The notes under the pieces are model-generated. The model saw only the letters and a list, made by a program, of their open reading frames with translations, had not been told where the DNA came from and did not search any database. A program made the position numbers and the translations under genes. From Octopus sinensis (Eukaryota), in assembly GCF_006345805.1 (NCBI RefSeq), contig NC_043018.1, positions 28,706,001 through 28,770,000 of the forward strand: 64,000 nt of DNA. Reading direction: 5' to 3'. Shown one piece after another: positions 50,659-64,000 of this stretch. Numbering within the stretch: the first letter of the stretch is position 1; the number at the start of each line of letters is the position of its first letter.

Positions 50659-51500
50659 CAAGCGGGTAGTGAAAAGTTCCTTGCTTTGAGTACCAGAAAA
50701 TACAGGAGGATCAGTTAATTATAATTTTATTCAACACTAGCAGTATCGCCTGGCATTGCTCGGTTTTGTTTCGACCCTTTAGAATTGGAATTTTTGAAAA
50801 TTAAAAATTTTGCATTATGTAGCTTGTTATTCTCTTTAAGTGAACATTTTACTGGTTTAAATACACTGAAAAGTGGTGACACAGCAGTAAAAAAACCCAT
50901 AAAAAATAGAGATTTCCATAGAAAAAAAGCACCTTTTTGATGTAAATAATTTTTGGTCCTAACATGCTCCGATCTGAATTTTTTCTTATACAGAAAGAAG
51001 AGCAAGCTTTCTTCTATCATACTCTCAATTTTGGTCAACTTGCGCCACAGGGTCTTGGAGGAGATAGTGTTAGTTAAAGGCTATCAAACCTGCCACACAC
51101 AGACAACTTCAGCTGTGTATATACATATATATTTTTTTTTTCATGCAATTTACGCATGCTTGCACGCGTGGTGAACACAGTTCACGTCAAACAGCTGACT
51201 GAGTAAAGTTCACTATTCAATGCATGGGATAAGGCCTAAACAAACACATTATCGATTTTTGCACTTGCGAGATGAATTTCGGAACAGAAATAGCGCAGTT
51301 CAATTTTCATTCGCTTAAACTTTAAGTGACCCATTTGTCGGCTAGGAGGAGATGTGCCGGGAAGTTAAACACACAGACACACACACACAGATATACATAT
51401 AGACACACAAGTTGAGTTTTATATATATAGATATTTCCCTCTCAGATTCACACACTTACTGCAGTGGTCCTTCAGTTTTACTAAGCCCGCAAAAGAACCA
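50659..51500. mobile_element. Mariner-type MITE split by a Helitron
   Basis: Left part 50659-50736 and right part from 51432 rejoin to match the intact copy at 60373-60605. Confidence 0.75.
50737..51431 (-). mobile_element. Non-autonomous Helitron (~695 bp)
   Basis: TC...CTAG termini on the minus strand, inserted at A|T with no TSD. Confidence 0.85.
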
Positions 51501-51664
51501 GGCATGAGGGATGCGTACACATTCATACTGACCCATATGGTATAGTTCTTTTAAAATTTCAGGTTTTATTTTGTGTGTTCGTGTATGTGTGTGTTTCTGT
51601 GTGTGTGTGTGCGTGTATGTGTGTGCGTGTGTGTATGTGTGCGTGCGTGTGTGTATCTGTGTCT

Positions 51665-51722
<58 letters not shown>

Positions 51723-52143
51723 TTGGAATTTATTTTATAGAAAAACAAAAGACCAAGACAGGCGTATGCATAACAAGCAAGTGTATTATTAGTTTGGCAA
51801 CCGGTAAAAATGAAAAAGTCTTTTACGTTTCAAGCCTATGCTCTTCAACAGAAAAGAATAAAATAAAATACGCAGAATCATTGCTATTATGCAAAAGTGT
51901 CGTAAGTTCAAACGTTGTTTTTTCAGAAAACGAAAAAATAGTTTCAACATTCCACAGCAAAATCTTTGTGCTACATTTTGACAACTTTTGATATCTTGGT
52001 TTCCGAAGGATCTGGAGATACGACAGTTTGACCAAAAGAACCTGCTATTGTAAGCAAAAACAAACATTGAAATAAACGCATGTGGCCAAATTTGGACGTA
52101 CAACAGATTAACATAATTGTAACGATTTATATATATATTTATT

Positions 52144-52238
<95 letters not shown>

Positions 52239-52824
52239 AGACACACCATCACTTGTAGACGCGATCGCCGATTCACAAGCACTCGTAGACGGACTTGTCA
52301 ATTTCTTTTTAAAAAACAAGTCTAGAATTGCTTGCTTAGAAGAAGCTTTTTTTCGCTGTCTTTAAATTATTTGTTGGGTAGTAGAAACTTTTGCACTTCG
52401 TTCAAAATTTGGATTATGTGCTACAAAATATAAAACTCGTAAACCCGACTTGTTTCAGTCGTTACACTGAGGCCATGCTGGGGCAAGGCTATCAAGAATT
52501 TTTGGTCCAATATACCGAACACAGTACATTTTTAAAAAAGCTTATTTATTTTATTGGTCACTTTTGCCGAACCGCTAAGTTACGGGGACCTAAAGGCACC
52601 TCACCAGTTGGCAAGCAGTGACGGGAGACAAACACACACTTAACGGTTCGGCGAAAGGAACCAATGGAATAAGTACTACACTTAGCAATGTATAAAACAA
52701 ATTATGTAGTAGCGTTGATTCATTCGACTAAGGATTCTTCGAGGCGGTGCCCGAGATGGTCAAGAGAAGTAAAAGATAGAAGATTAGCGATATAAATAAA
52801 TGGAAAAAATTTTTAAATATGTGT

Positions 52825-53320
<496 letters not shown>

Positions 53321-53341
53321 AAGGGTCAAATTTTGTTTTAC

Positions 53342-53461
53342 CTGAACCATGGACGTGGTATGGAATGCTATGAAGATAAAGATGAAAGCGAATCCCAAGA
53401 TCATAACGTTACACAAGTTAGCGTTACGGAAGCTTTGAGGCGTCATTTTCTCAGGACACAT
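53342..53461 (-). CDS. MFSD11: MFSD11 first coding exon: MCPEKMTPQSFRNANLCNVMILGFAFIFIFIAFHTTSMVQ
   Basis: Aligns with human KKLFNIIILGVAFMFMFTAFQTCGNVA (recalled); CAG|gtaaaa phase-0 donor; alternative ATG at 53446; possible acceptor at 53499. Confidence 0.8.
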
Positions 53462-54004
53462 CTTCGTTTGTAGTTGTAATATATGCCACAATTACAATCT
53501 GTGTTCAGTGAGGATGATATTAATTGATTAATTGATTAATTAGTTAATTAATTCACAATAATGCATGTTTAATTTTTCCAACTAATTCGTTCTTCCTTAT
53601 CTCTTTTCTTCCTTTTGTCTATCAATTTCGTTTGTCAAGATATTCATTAGTAATAACTGCTCTTGTACTTATCACCAACATGTTGGTTTGCACATAATTA
53701 GGTCATAATTATGCAAAGTCATTTGCATAGTGGAGACATAGCGGCATTTTTCCGTCTCTATGTTCTGAGATCAAATCCCGCCAACGTCGACTTTGCCTTT
53801 TATCTTTTGGAGGTCGATAAAATAAGTATCCGTCAAAAGCATTGGGGTCAATAAAACCTTACAAAATTTCTGGCTTTGTGGTCTCAAGTAAAAAGGATTA
53901 TCATTATTCTTGTTGTGGTTACTTTTGTTGTACTTGTTGTTGTTGCAGTTGTTGTTCTTGTTCTTCTTTTTCTTCTTCTTGTTCTTCTTGTTCTTCTTCT
54001 TCTT

Positions 54005-54035
<31 letters not shown>

Positions 54036-54129
54036 TTATTATTATTAATATTATTATTATTACGATAGCGCGCTGGCATAATCGCTAGCACGCTGGTCGA
54101 AATGCTTAGCAGTATTTCGCCCATCGCTT

Positions 54130-54370
54130 AATCTCTGGAATCCAGAGTCTGGATAATGCCAACAGCGTGGAGAGGGCCTGTGAGGAGTTGTGTAAATATT
54201 AATAGATCAAAAATTTTAGATGCGTGATCGCTGGAGAGATAACACTCCGATGCCTGCTCGAGTTGGAGGGATCCGTCGGTTATACAGAAGCTGCAGGCGA
54301 GAGCGCTGGTGAAGCCGACCGTAGGTGCAATAATCTTATGGACTGGCATTACTGACCTTTTGCACGGGCA
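54130..54370 (+). pseudogene. Degenerate LINE APE-endonuclease fragment
   Basis: Nucleotide homology with the reverse complement of 63660-63850. Confidence 0.45.
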
Positions 54371-54549
54371 ATGGTGAGTCAGAATGCTCCTCGTTCACGA
54401 GTGGACTCTCATCATATATGTGTGTGTGTATGTGTGCGTGTGTGTGCGTGCGCGCATGTATGTGTGTGAGTGTGTATGTCAGTGAGAAATACAAGTTGGG
54501 AGGTAGTGTTTCGTGTTCGTTGTTAAGTGATATTTGTGGCAAAATTTCA

Positions 54550-54661
54550 TTCCCACTGCGTGGCACCTTCGGCAAGTTTCTTCTACTATAGCCTCGGGCC
54601 GACCAAAGCTTTGTGAGTGGATTTGGTAGACGGAAACTAAAAGAAGCATGTCGTATATATG

Positions 54662-54694
<33 letters not shown>

Positions 54695-54930
54695 GTATAT
54701 ATGTATGTGTGTGTGTGTTTATATGTTTGTGTTTGTCCCCCCAACATCACTTGACAACCGATGGCGGTGTGTTTACGTCCCACGTAACTTAGCGGTTTGG
54801 CAAAAGAGACCGATAGAATTAGTACTAGGCTTACAAAGAATAAGTCATGGGGTCGATTTGCTCAACTAAAGGCGGTGCTCCAGCATGGCCACAGTCAAAT
54901 GACTGAAACAAGTAAAAAAGAGTAAAAGAG
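54550..54930 (+). mobile_element. SINE family A (head truncated)
   Basis: CORE-like segment through to the tail. Confidence 0.85.
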
Positions 54931-55177
54931 ACTCTATGATTAGAATTATGTTAGATATTTGATTGTGAATTTCGTCTGTCGCTACGGTCTGAGTTCAAAT
55001 TCCGCCGGGCTCAATTAAATAAGTACCAGTTACGCACTGGGGTCGACATAATCGACTTAATCCGTATGTCTGTCCTTGTTTGTCCTCTCTGTGTTTAGCC
55101 TCTAGTGGGTAGTAAAAATACTATTTGATTATGAATGTGGTGATGACTCTGCGGTGAATTTCTTTCTATATTCTTTA

Positions 55178-55578
55178 CTAGTAGTATCGCCCGGCGTTGC
55201 TCAGGTTTGTAAGGGAAATAACTATATAAGCATTTTTAGATAGTTATAGCCAAAAAATAGCAAAAAATGCATTAAAAATGGAAAAAAAAATGATGGTAAT
55301 TTTTTTTTTAAATCGTTGACTCATCGTAGACATTTTTAGAGAGTTACTTCCCTTATATAATAGCGAAAAAAATGCATTAAAATGGAAAAAAATTATGGTA
55401 AATTTATTTTAAATCGTAGACTCATTGTAGATGCCCGCTAATACTCAGAAGGGCTCGATATGAATCACGACTATAAGATACCCGGTTTTGGTTAAACTGC
55501 ACCGCAAAATGTGGGAGTAGTTAGGAATCTAAATCGTAGGAGACAGACAGCACACAACCTCACTTTTATATATAAAGA
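55178..55578 (-). mobile_element. Non-autonomous Helitron, sister of 30339-30735
   Basis: TC/CTAG termini, hairpin, high similarity throughout. Confidence 0.85.
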
Positions 55579-56344
55579 TTATCGCTATTATAATCAAAAG
55601 TTGTCATATTTATCTTCTTCGTCGTTATCTTTATTGTTTTTGTTGTTGTTGTTGTAGTTGTTGGTGATGTAAACTTGCAACGACGTTCATTCGCATGACA
55701 TGTGTCGCCAAGGAAACTTGTACACTACTGAAACCAGGTGCATATGTACGGAATCATATGATGTTTCGTTTAGTTGGTTTATTACGTTATCTCTCAGTGG
55801 TGGTGGTAGTGGTGGTGATGGGGTGAGAGAAGAGGGAGGAGGAAACAAGAAGAAAGAAAGAGAGCGAAGGGAAGAGAAAAAGAGAAGGAGAGAGGGGGAA
55901 GAGGTAAAAATAATGAACGAATAAATAAATAAATAAAGAGCGAATGTGTTTATATTTTGAAGGAGAACTGATTGCAAGTAAAAGAGAAACAAAAATATGT
56001 TTATTACGAAAGAGAGAAAGAAATAGAGTGATGAGTAATGTGAGAGAGACAGAGGAGAAGGAAGAAAGACAGATAGAAAAGTAGTATTGTTCTTATGTAA
56101 TTGTAGATAGGCGCAGGAGTGGCTTTGTGGTAAGAAGCTTGCTTCCAAACCACATGGTTCCCTGGTTCAATACCATTGCGTGACTCCTTGGGGAAGTGTC
56201 TTCAACTATAGCCTCGGGCCGTCAAATGCATTGTGACTGGATTTGGTTGACGGAAACTGAAAAAGAAGCCCTTCGTGTATATATATATATATAATATATA
56301 TATATATTATATATATATATAATATATATATATATATGCTCTGG

Positions 56345-56540
56345 CCCCTGTGCCGGTGGCACGTAAAAAACATCCACTACACTCACGGAGTGGTTGGCGT
56401 TAGGAAGGACATCCAGCTGTAGAAACACTGCCAAATCAGACTAGAGCCTGGTGCAGCCTCCATGGCTTCCAGACCCCGGTCGAACCGTCCAACCCATGCT
56501 AGCGTGGAAAACGGACGTTAAATGATGATGATGATGATGA
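56345..56540 (+). mobile_element. 5'-truncated RTE 3' end
   Basis: Near-identical to the RTE terminal 190 bp. Confidence 0.85.
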
Positions 56541-56964
56541 TATATATATAGGAATGGCTTCTTTTTCAGTTTTTGTGAATCCTGTAACAAATTGTAGTAC
56601 TCAGTCAATTTCTGGCCTCTTATTTGTTAGCCTAGATTCGATTGAATCTTGTAACAAAATGGGTCACAGGCTCTGGAATATTAGTGCGCCATTAATTTCA
56701 AGCACATACAAAAGATACCCCAAATGTCCAATTCCATTTCCTGCATATCTGATCCACAAATGATCTCGAAATCAAGATTTAAAAAACGAGGTATATATAT
56801 CTGTATATACACACTCTTGGATACTTAGGGCTTGCCTCCCTATTCATGTTGAGAGTGAAACATGGCGGCTTCTGCAGAAGAAATCTTATGGCTCAATGGA
56901 GAGTAAGGCGGCCGAAGCAATGTATTGTGGAGTACAGAGAACAAGATGAGTCAAGAAAGACATA

Positions 56965-57343
56965 CTCTTTTTTACTCTTTTACTTGTTTCAGTCATTTGA
57001 CTGCGGCCATGCTGGAGCACCGCCTTTAATCGAGTAACTCGACCCCGGGACTTACTCTTTGTAAGCCCAGTACTTATTCTATCGGTCTCTTTTGTCGAAC
57101 CGCTAAGTAACGGGGACATAAACACACTAGCATCGGTTATCAAGCAATGCTAGGGGGACAAACACAAACATACACCCACATGACAGGCTTCTTTCAGTTT
57201 CCGTCTACCTAATCCACTCACAAGGCTTTGGTCGGCCCGATGCTATAGTAGAAGACACTTACCCAAGGTTCCACGCAGTGGGACTGAACCCGGAACCATG
57301 TGGTTAGTAAACAAGCTACTTACCACACAGCCACTCCTGCGCC
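56965..57343 (-). mobile_element. SINE family A
   Basis: Full-length reverse copy with a short internal microsatellite. Confidence 0.88.
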
Positions 57344-58261
57344 TGGTCTTCCATTACATCTGTCTCCATTCTCACTCGTCTTGACCTGTCCTTGCCACTG
57401 GATTGAAGATGGTCACAGAAGAGAGAGTTAAGCCGATGGTGCTCAACTCATCGTTAGTTTTAACAAAGTAACGACAGATGAAATACTGCTAAGCATTTCG
57501 CCCGGCGCGCTAACGTTTCTGCCAGCTCGAGGAATCAAATATAATGGAGCTTATTCGAATCAGTGGGATAGAGTAAAGGTAGTCGAGCTAAGTGGAGTAG
57601 AGCGGATTGAAATGAGTTGGGAGCAGAACAGTTAAGTGTAGTTGAATGGAGTTGAGTGGAACTAAGCGCAGTGGACTGAAATGGAATGGATTTGAATGGA
57701 CTTACCGTTAATTGTTTCAAATTACCAACCTCCATTTATCTGATCTCTCCTGAGATGCTGTGTATTCATCGGAAATTTCCTGGGTGTCTGGAAGAAATGA
57801 TCAGTTGTAGAGCCAGGATTTTTCATGTGTAATTTGAACGACAAGAACCAGGCTTTCTTTATTCACAAATTGTTCTTATAACACACCCTTTGACTACCCC
57901 AGAAGGCTGGAACTCAACCAAGTCGTATGTGATACCCTTAAAGTCAGGAACTTTTCAGCACACCTTGTGAGTGTGTGTACATACGTACATACATACATAC
58001 ATACATAGTAATTGATAATTATTCCAAATTAATTAATTTCACCCTTCATTATTACGGATAACCATATTTTATCTCAGTAGATGACCACAGCATCTTGTTT
58101 TGGCTACACGCGGGTGGGAAGGGGCTGGTGACACAATCTTTTCATTCACACATTGAATTTGGTGATACTAGTTGCGGATTCTAGCTCGCTCTGATACTGA
58201 GTTGAGTTGGTGCCTTCTAGTATCTCAAAATTCAATATATAATCATTTATGATTATAGTAT

Positions 58262-58361
58262 TCTACGCTGAAGAGAAAAGAAGTTTTGGTAAGGTAGAAT
58301 TATTTAATATTTAATTCTTATGCTTTCCTAAAAACTTGATTTCGAAACGTGCGTCCGTAGA
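58262..58361 (+). ncRNA. Type I hammerhead ribozyme, apparently intact
   Basis: tctacg CTGAAGA gaaa...tttc GAAA cgtgc GTC cgtaga; all core nucleotides present; 6-bp stem I; predicted cleavage after C58355. Confidence 0.8.
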
Positions 58362-58551
58362 TAACTTAAAATTGTATGATAGATTGCCGTCAATTCATTC
58401 TCTCTTACCTGTTTGTGTCTGCCTTCCAATGCTGTTTTTACTGAGATCTCCCTTTTTAGTAGAAGAAATAGCTATAACTCTTTGACTGCTATTTCTAAAT
58501 TCGGTATGTGGTAAGGCAATTCGTTGCTAAACCCTTTATTGCTTAGTATTA

Positions 58552-58605
<54 letters not shown>

Positions 58606-58685
58606 AATTATTATTTAAGGGAATAAAATCCAAACTTACAAGGAAAAAGAATTCAATTTAGAAATGCTAAATCAAATTACACACA

Positions 58686-58750
<65 letters not shown>

Positions 58751-58775
58751 TATATATATATTATATATATATATA

Positions 58776-60071
58776 CGAGAGGCGTTCAATAAGTAATGCC
58801 CCTGAGACACTTCCCATTGCAGTAGAGCAATGAAACTTGGTACAGTTATTAGTCTTTTTCTACATAGGAACCACCCAGAGTTACACATTTCTCCCATCGT
58901 TTGATGCAGCTCTGGAGACCGTTTTTGTAGAAGACCCTAGCTTGGTCTTCCAACTACGACGTGACATAAGAAATCAAGGTTGCATCATCTGGGAAACGCT
59001 TTCCTTTCAAAAACAACTTCATGGCTGGGAAGAGGTGAAAATCAGAGGGTGAAATGTCAGGAGAGTAGGGGGCATGGGGGAGGAGTTCATAGCTGCACGC
59101 CTGTGCTTCTGATCTGGCGACACGCGAGTTGTGGACCGGAGCGTTGTCCTGCAGGAGGAGGATGCCTTTGCTCATCTTGCCCCGCCTCTTTTGATAGCTT
59201 CTCTTAATTTCCCAAAAAGTGAAGGAATTATAGGCTCCTATAATTGTGGTACCCTTTGCCAGGAAATCTGTCATCACTACTCCATCCTGGTCCCAGAAGA
59301 CTGAGCATGACCTTGCCAGCTGAGAGCTGCACCCTTGCTTTCTTTGGAGGAAGTGAGTCACGGTGCTTCCACTGCATTGACTGGGCTTTGGTCTCTGGAT
59401 CATAGTGATGGACCCCGGTTTTATCCTATGTAATCAGTCTTTTGAAAAATTTTGACTCATCTTCTTGGCACATCTCGAAATTCATCCTCGAGCACTCGAC
59501 GCGTTCTTGCTTCTGGAAAGGTGTGAGCAACCTGGGAATCCATCTGGCAGACACCTTTTGCCTATGCAAATGGTCATGAATGATAGTTTCCGCAGACCCG
59601 GTACTAATCTTAACCTCATGGGCTATTTGGCGAATAGTTATGCGTCGATCTTCCAAAATTGCAGCCTCAACTTGACGGACAGAAGCCTCATCAATGGCAG
59701 AAGGGGGGGGGGGGTGACCAGATCTGGGAGCTGTTTCCACAGTGTTCTGACCATGTTTGAATTCACGATGCCAGCGTTTTACAAGTTCATATGATGGGGC
59801 ATCATCACCATAAGTTACTTTCATTTCATCAAAAGTCTCCCGTGGTGTGCGTCCTTTCAAATACAAAAACCAGATTACTGCTCGACACTCAACAGGCTCC
59901 ATTTCACACTTGACTCAGTTCAAACACCTGTAAATCAGAAACCACAATTAGTTCAGAGCTGTAATTTGCCACTCAATCTATAGAGATAAAAATAATTGCA
60001 CATGCAAATTTTCAGCTACATCAAACAACTGTTAGTGGATCAGGGGGGCATTACTTATTGAACGTCTCTCG
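58776..60071 (-). mobile_element. Full-length mariner transposon (1296 bp)
   Basis: 27-bp TIRs with 1 mismatch (58776-58802, 60045-60071); inserted in a TA run. Confidence 0.95.
58860..59902 (-). pseudogene. Mariner DD34D transposase, inactivated
   Basis: HTH region, WIPRLL (WVPHEL-like), LIT*DKT, QDNAPVH, YSPDISPSDFHLF; stop at 59426 and frameshifts. Confidence 0.93.
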
Positions 60072-60372
60072 TTATATTAGAAAAAACCCACCTTTTATCA
60101 ATTCAAAATGAATAATTAAATAACACCATCTAGAAAATTACATATAAAAATGTATATATACATTTTTATTATTTTTGTAATTTACTTAAATCTTTACATT
60201 TTATTGTTATTTTAATGTTAACTTTTCTATTATATGAAATTTTCTAGATGGTGGAATTTAATTACTCATTTTGAATTGATAAAAGCTGTTTTTTTCTAAT
60301 ATTTTATATATATACACACACACATATATACATCCATACATACAAACATACATACATACATGCATGCAAATA

Positions 60373-60605
60373 CGAGAGGGTTCTGGAAATTTGCTGGCTT
60401 TGTGTTAAAGAAAATACTGGAGGATCAGGTGATTATGATTTTAATCAACATATTATTCGCTATCAGATTAACACATTTATTGCAGCGGTCCTTCAGTTTT
60501 TCTAAGCCTTGTAAAAGAACTCAGAAGGTTGACCCCGCCACCACCACCACCAACCAGGCCTTTTACAACACTCTTAAAGCCAGAAACTTTTCAGCAACCC
60601 CCTTG
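60373..60605. mobile_element. Mariner-type MITE (233 bp) with TA flanks
   Basis: TA|cgagagggttctggaaatttgctggcttt ... aaagccagaaacttttcagcaacccccttg|TA. Confidence 0.75.
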
Positions 60606-61026
60606 TATACCTAATGATTGTAATTGCAAACGAATGGTAATGTTCTGTACTACCTTTAACGCTAACCACATGATTCCCTGTCTGTGTGTTTGTGTGGTGA
60701 TCATAGTAAGTAACGAAAGCGCTATGGACTAGATGGAGAGAAATGGAGAGTCAGCTGTGCAATTCGTATAAGATAGTCGCTAGTAGCAGTTCTAGTAGAT
60801 TTCTGCTTTTAGTAGATTTCTGCACTTTGCATAGGCGAGTTGCGTTGTGCGCGCGTCTACGTTTCCATATTTGCATGTAGGATTAATTAGAACGCTGTGT
60901 CAATATACTCGAATCGCATATAGGAAATTAAAACAGAATCTGTAAGCACATGCATGCACACACATACGTACGTATGCATAGAAGTAAGTCTGTATGTATG
61001 TATGTATGTATGCACGTGTGCGTCTG

Positions 61027-61056
<30 letters not shown>

Positions 61057-61057
<1 letters not shown>

Positions 61058-61139
61058 TTAACAATTAAGGAACGGCCATAATAGGCCATTCATAATAGGC
61101 CATAATATGGCCTATTATGGCCGTTCCTTAATTGTTAAT
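61057..61139. repeat. Perfect 33-bp inverted repeat with 17-nt loop
   Basis: 61057-61089 is the exact reverse complement of 61107-61139. Confidence 0.95.
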
Positions 61140-61219
61140 GTTGAACTTAAAAATGGTCTATGACTATTTAATTTTTTTCCCACTGGGCCGCTGGTGGCAA
61201 TAAAATTCTATAAAATTTT

Positions 61220-61860
<641 letters not shown>

Positions 61861-62203
61861 GTCTGTGTATTCCTGTGTATGTGTACGTATGTATGTATGC
61901 ATGGATGCAAGCATCCATGCATGTATCTTTGTGTGTATATATGTAAGTCTCTATGCATGTATGTGTGCGTGTGTGTATGTATGTATGTCTGTCTGTATGT
62001 ATGTATGCAAGTGTCTATGTATGTGCGTTTATGAACATTAATGATCATGGCAATCACTAGTGGGGTCTGACTCGGATTTGACATATTCAGTCTTATCAAT
62101 CTACGGTCTCTTTGCTTGGAAATCTTATAAATCTGTCAATAATGGAAAGGCAATTAAAAACTCCCGGTTTCTGTCTGTGGCTAATAAAGAAACATATCTA
62201 TCC

Positions 62204-62283
<80 letters not shown>

Positions 62284-62376
62284 CTCTATTTATCTCTCTC
62301 TCTCTATATATATATATATGTGTGTGTGTGTGTATGTGTGTGCGTGTGTGTGTGTGTGTTTGTGTGTGTGTATGTC

Positions 62377-62417
<41 letters not shown>

Positions 62418-63173
62418 TGTCTTATCACCTCAGTTTGCCTTCATGAATTGCTACTGTTTTATTCTGAATACAGTTTTTCTGTTATTTTTTTTCTCATATT
62501 TTATATACGTTCCCTATTTTTCCATCCCCTTTTAAGGTCTGTTCTGTTATTATTATTATTATTATTGTTTTGATGATTATTGTAATTTTTGAGACTTTTT
62601 ATATTTCTTATTATATTTTTAGTTTATTTCAACCTTATCTATCGCTTTAACCACTTGTATGTTCAGTTTTAGTTGGTTCTCTCTCTCTCTCTTTCCTTCT
62701 TGCTCCCTTTCTTTGTTCCCCCCTCTCTCTCACACACATATGTATGTATATATATATAGGTTTGACGTTATTGTTACTTATTTTATTTCAAAAAAATTTG
62801 TTTGTAAAGATTTTATATGATTACAGCTCTATGGCACGCTATGATTTAAAACTCTGATTTCTTGCCGATGTACTGATGAAGTAGTAAGTCACTAGAACAT
62901 GCGTACATAAAAGCATACAAATATGGAAAATGTTATCTGCTTTTCTCATTCTCTCTCTCTCTCTCTGTTTATATAAATTGCAGATTGTAGAAATAATTCT
63001 AGATTAAGTCAAATTACATAAGCAAAAAATTTTGGTTAAATCAAAAATTGTTAATTAATCTGATTAATCTTAAGAAAAAAGCAGAATGATGATGTCTTTC
63101 GGAAAGAAAATTTCGCATTAAGAGCTTTCACTGTTTACTGCTTTTCAAATACACCTGTTATGGTTTCATCTTC

Positions 63174-63216
<43 letters not shown>

Positions 63217-63336
63217 AACATGTATATACATACACATACATCTATCTATCTATGTATCTACACAGATATAAACACGTACAGATATATATGTATATAATAT
63301 ATATTATATATATATATAATATATATATACACATAC

Positions 63337-63378
<42 letters not shown>

Positions 63379-63590
63379 CATATATACACATATATATATA
63401 TATATATACATACACACACAGACACACACATATATATATACACATACATACACACGTACTCACGCATACATATAGACTAACTCGTTATCTATACTTTTCT
63501 ATACATTGCGATGAGAACTGGAGTTTAACGGAGTTTGAATATCCAGTCTTAAGTCATATGTTAACTTCTGATGCACTATGGCTTATCACA

Positions 63591-63651
<61 letters not shown>

Positions 63652-63659
63652 TATATATT

Positions 63660-64000
63660 ACGACTACCCATGCAAGATGTCAGCAATACTCATGTTAATT
63701 ACTATTGCCCTCGCGGTCGGCTTCCTAGGGGCCGCAGCCCCAGCTTTAATCCTTGCCGGGCACCCTCCTACTCAAACGGGCATCGGAAAGTTTGTCTCGC
63801 CATTATTGCACAACCTAATGTTTTCGTCCAATAAGGCTTTCATAACACCTCAGAAACCCTTTCCAATCTATTGACATTTCAAGTGCCAATTCGGGTCATA
63901 GTTTCAGGAATGCGGGAGCGCCATGATCTCAGAGCTAGGGAAACATCCCCAAAATATTCAATGACATTCCCTGCACATCTGGGCTTATAACAGATCGATC
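63660..64000 (-). pseudogene. Degenerate LINE 5' / APE-endonuclease fragment
   Basis: MTRIGT*NVNRLERVSEVL: IGTWNV-like motif at 63873-63890; homologous to 54130-54370. Confidence 0.5.

Noticed and set aside
51789-52103. Minus-strand ORFs after an acceptor-like aatag as MFSD11 exon 2
   Set aside because: No frame resembles the expected GSGYTS/AIIY segment.
63578-63874. Signal-peptide-like plus-strand ORF (MSAILMLITIALAVGFLGAAAPA)
   Set aside because: It is the antisense of a degenerate LINE fragment also present at 54130-54370, and it starts in a TA tract.

Overview
AT-rich, extremely repeat-dense eukaryotic genomic DNA. The SINE/LINE families and the density of (TA)n, (TG)n and (AAT)n repeats fit a coleoid cephalopod, most likely Octopus (inference; no database search possible). 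Nearly all ORF-track entries are microsatellite read-throughs. Host-gene content: three minus-strand exons of an UNC-93-like MFS transporter (MFSD11), namely coding exon 1 at 53342-53461, the 64-nt exon at 43641-43704 and a 73-nt exon at 40603-40675 broken by a stop and a frameshift. I could not find the intervening exons or the last exon, so this is probably a decayed or partial paralog. An 81-nt exon-like unit of an unidentified gene occurs twice, in the two arms of an inverted segmental duplication (about 8.2-12.4 kb vs 27.2-36.0 kb) that contains a near-identical tract suggestive of gene conversion. Mobile elements: two multi-kb RTE-clade LINEs whose ORF2 carries a PHD-like C4HC3 finger, several R4/Dong-type RLE fragments in (TAA)n tracts, a full-length defective mariner, mariner- and piggyBac-type MITEs, four clear non-autonomous Helitrons, Helentron/HINE-like elements, at least four tRNA-SINE families, and Penelope-like fold-back elements. 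Best find: type I hammerhead ribozyme motifs, one apparently intact (58262-58361) and three decayed. No rRNA, true tRNA gene or CRISPR array was seen.
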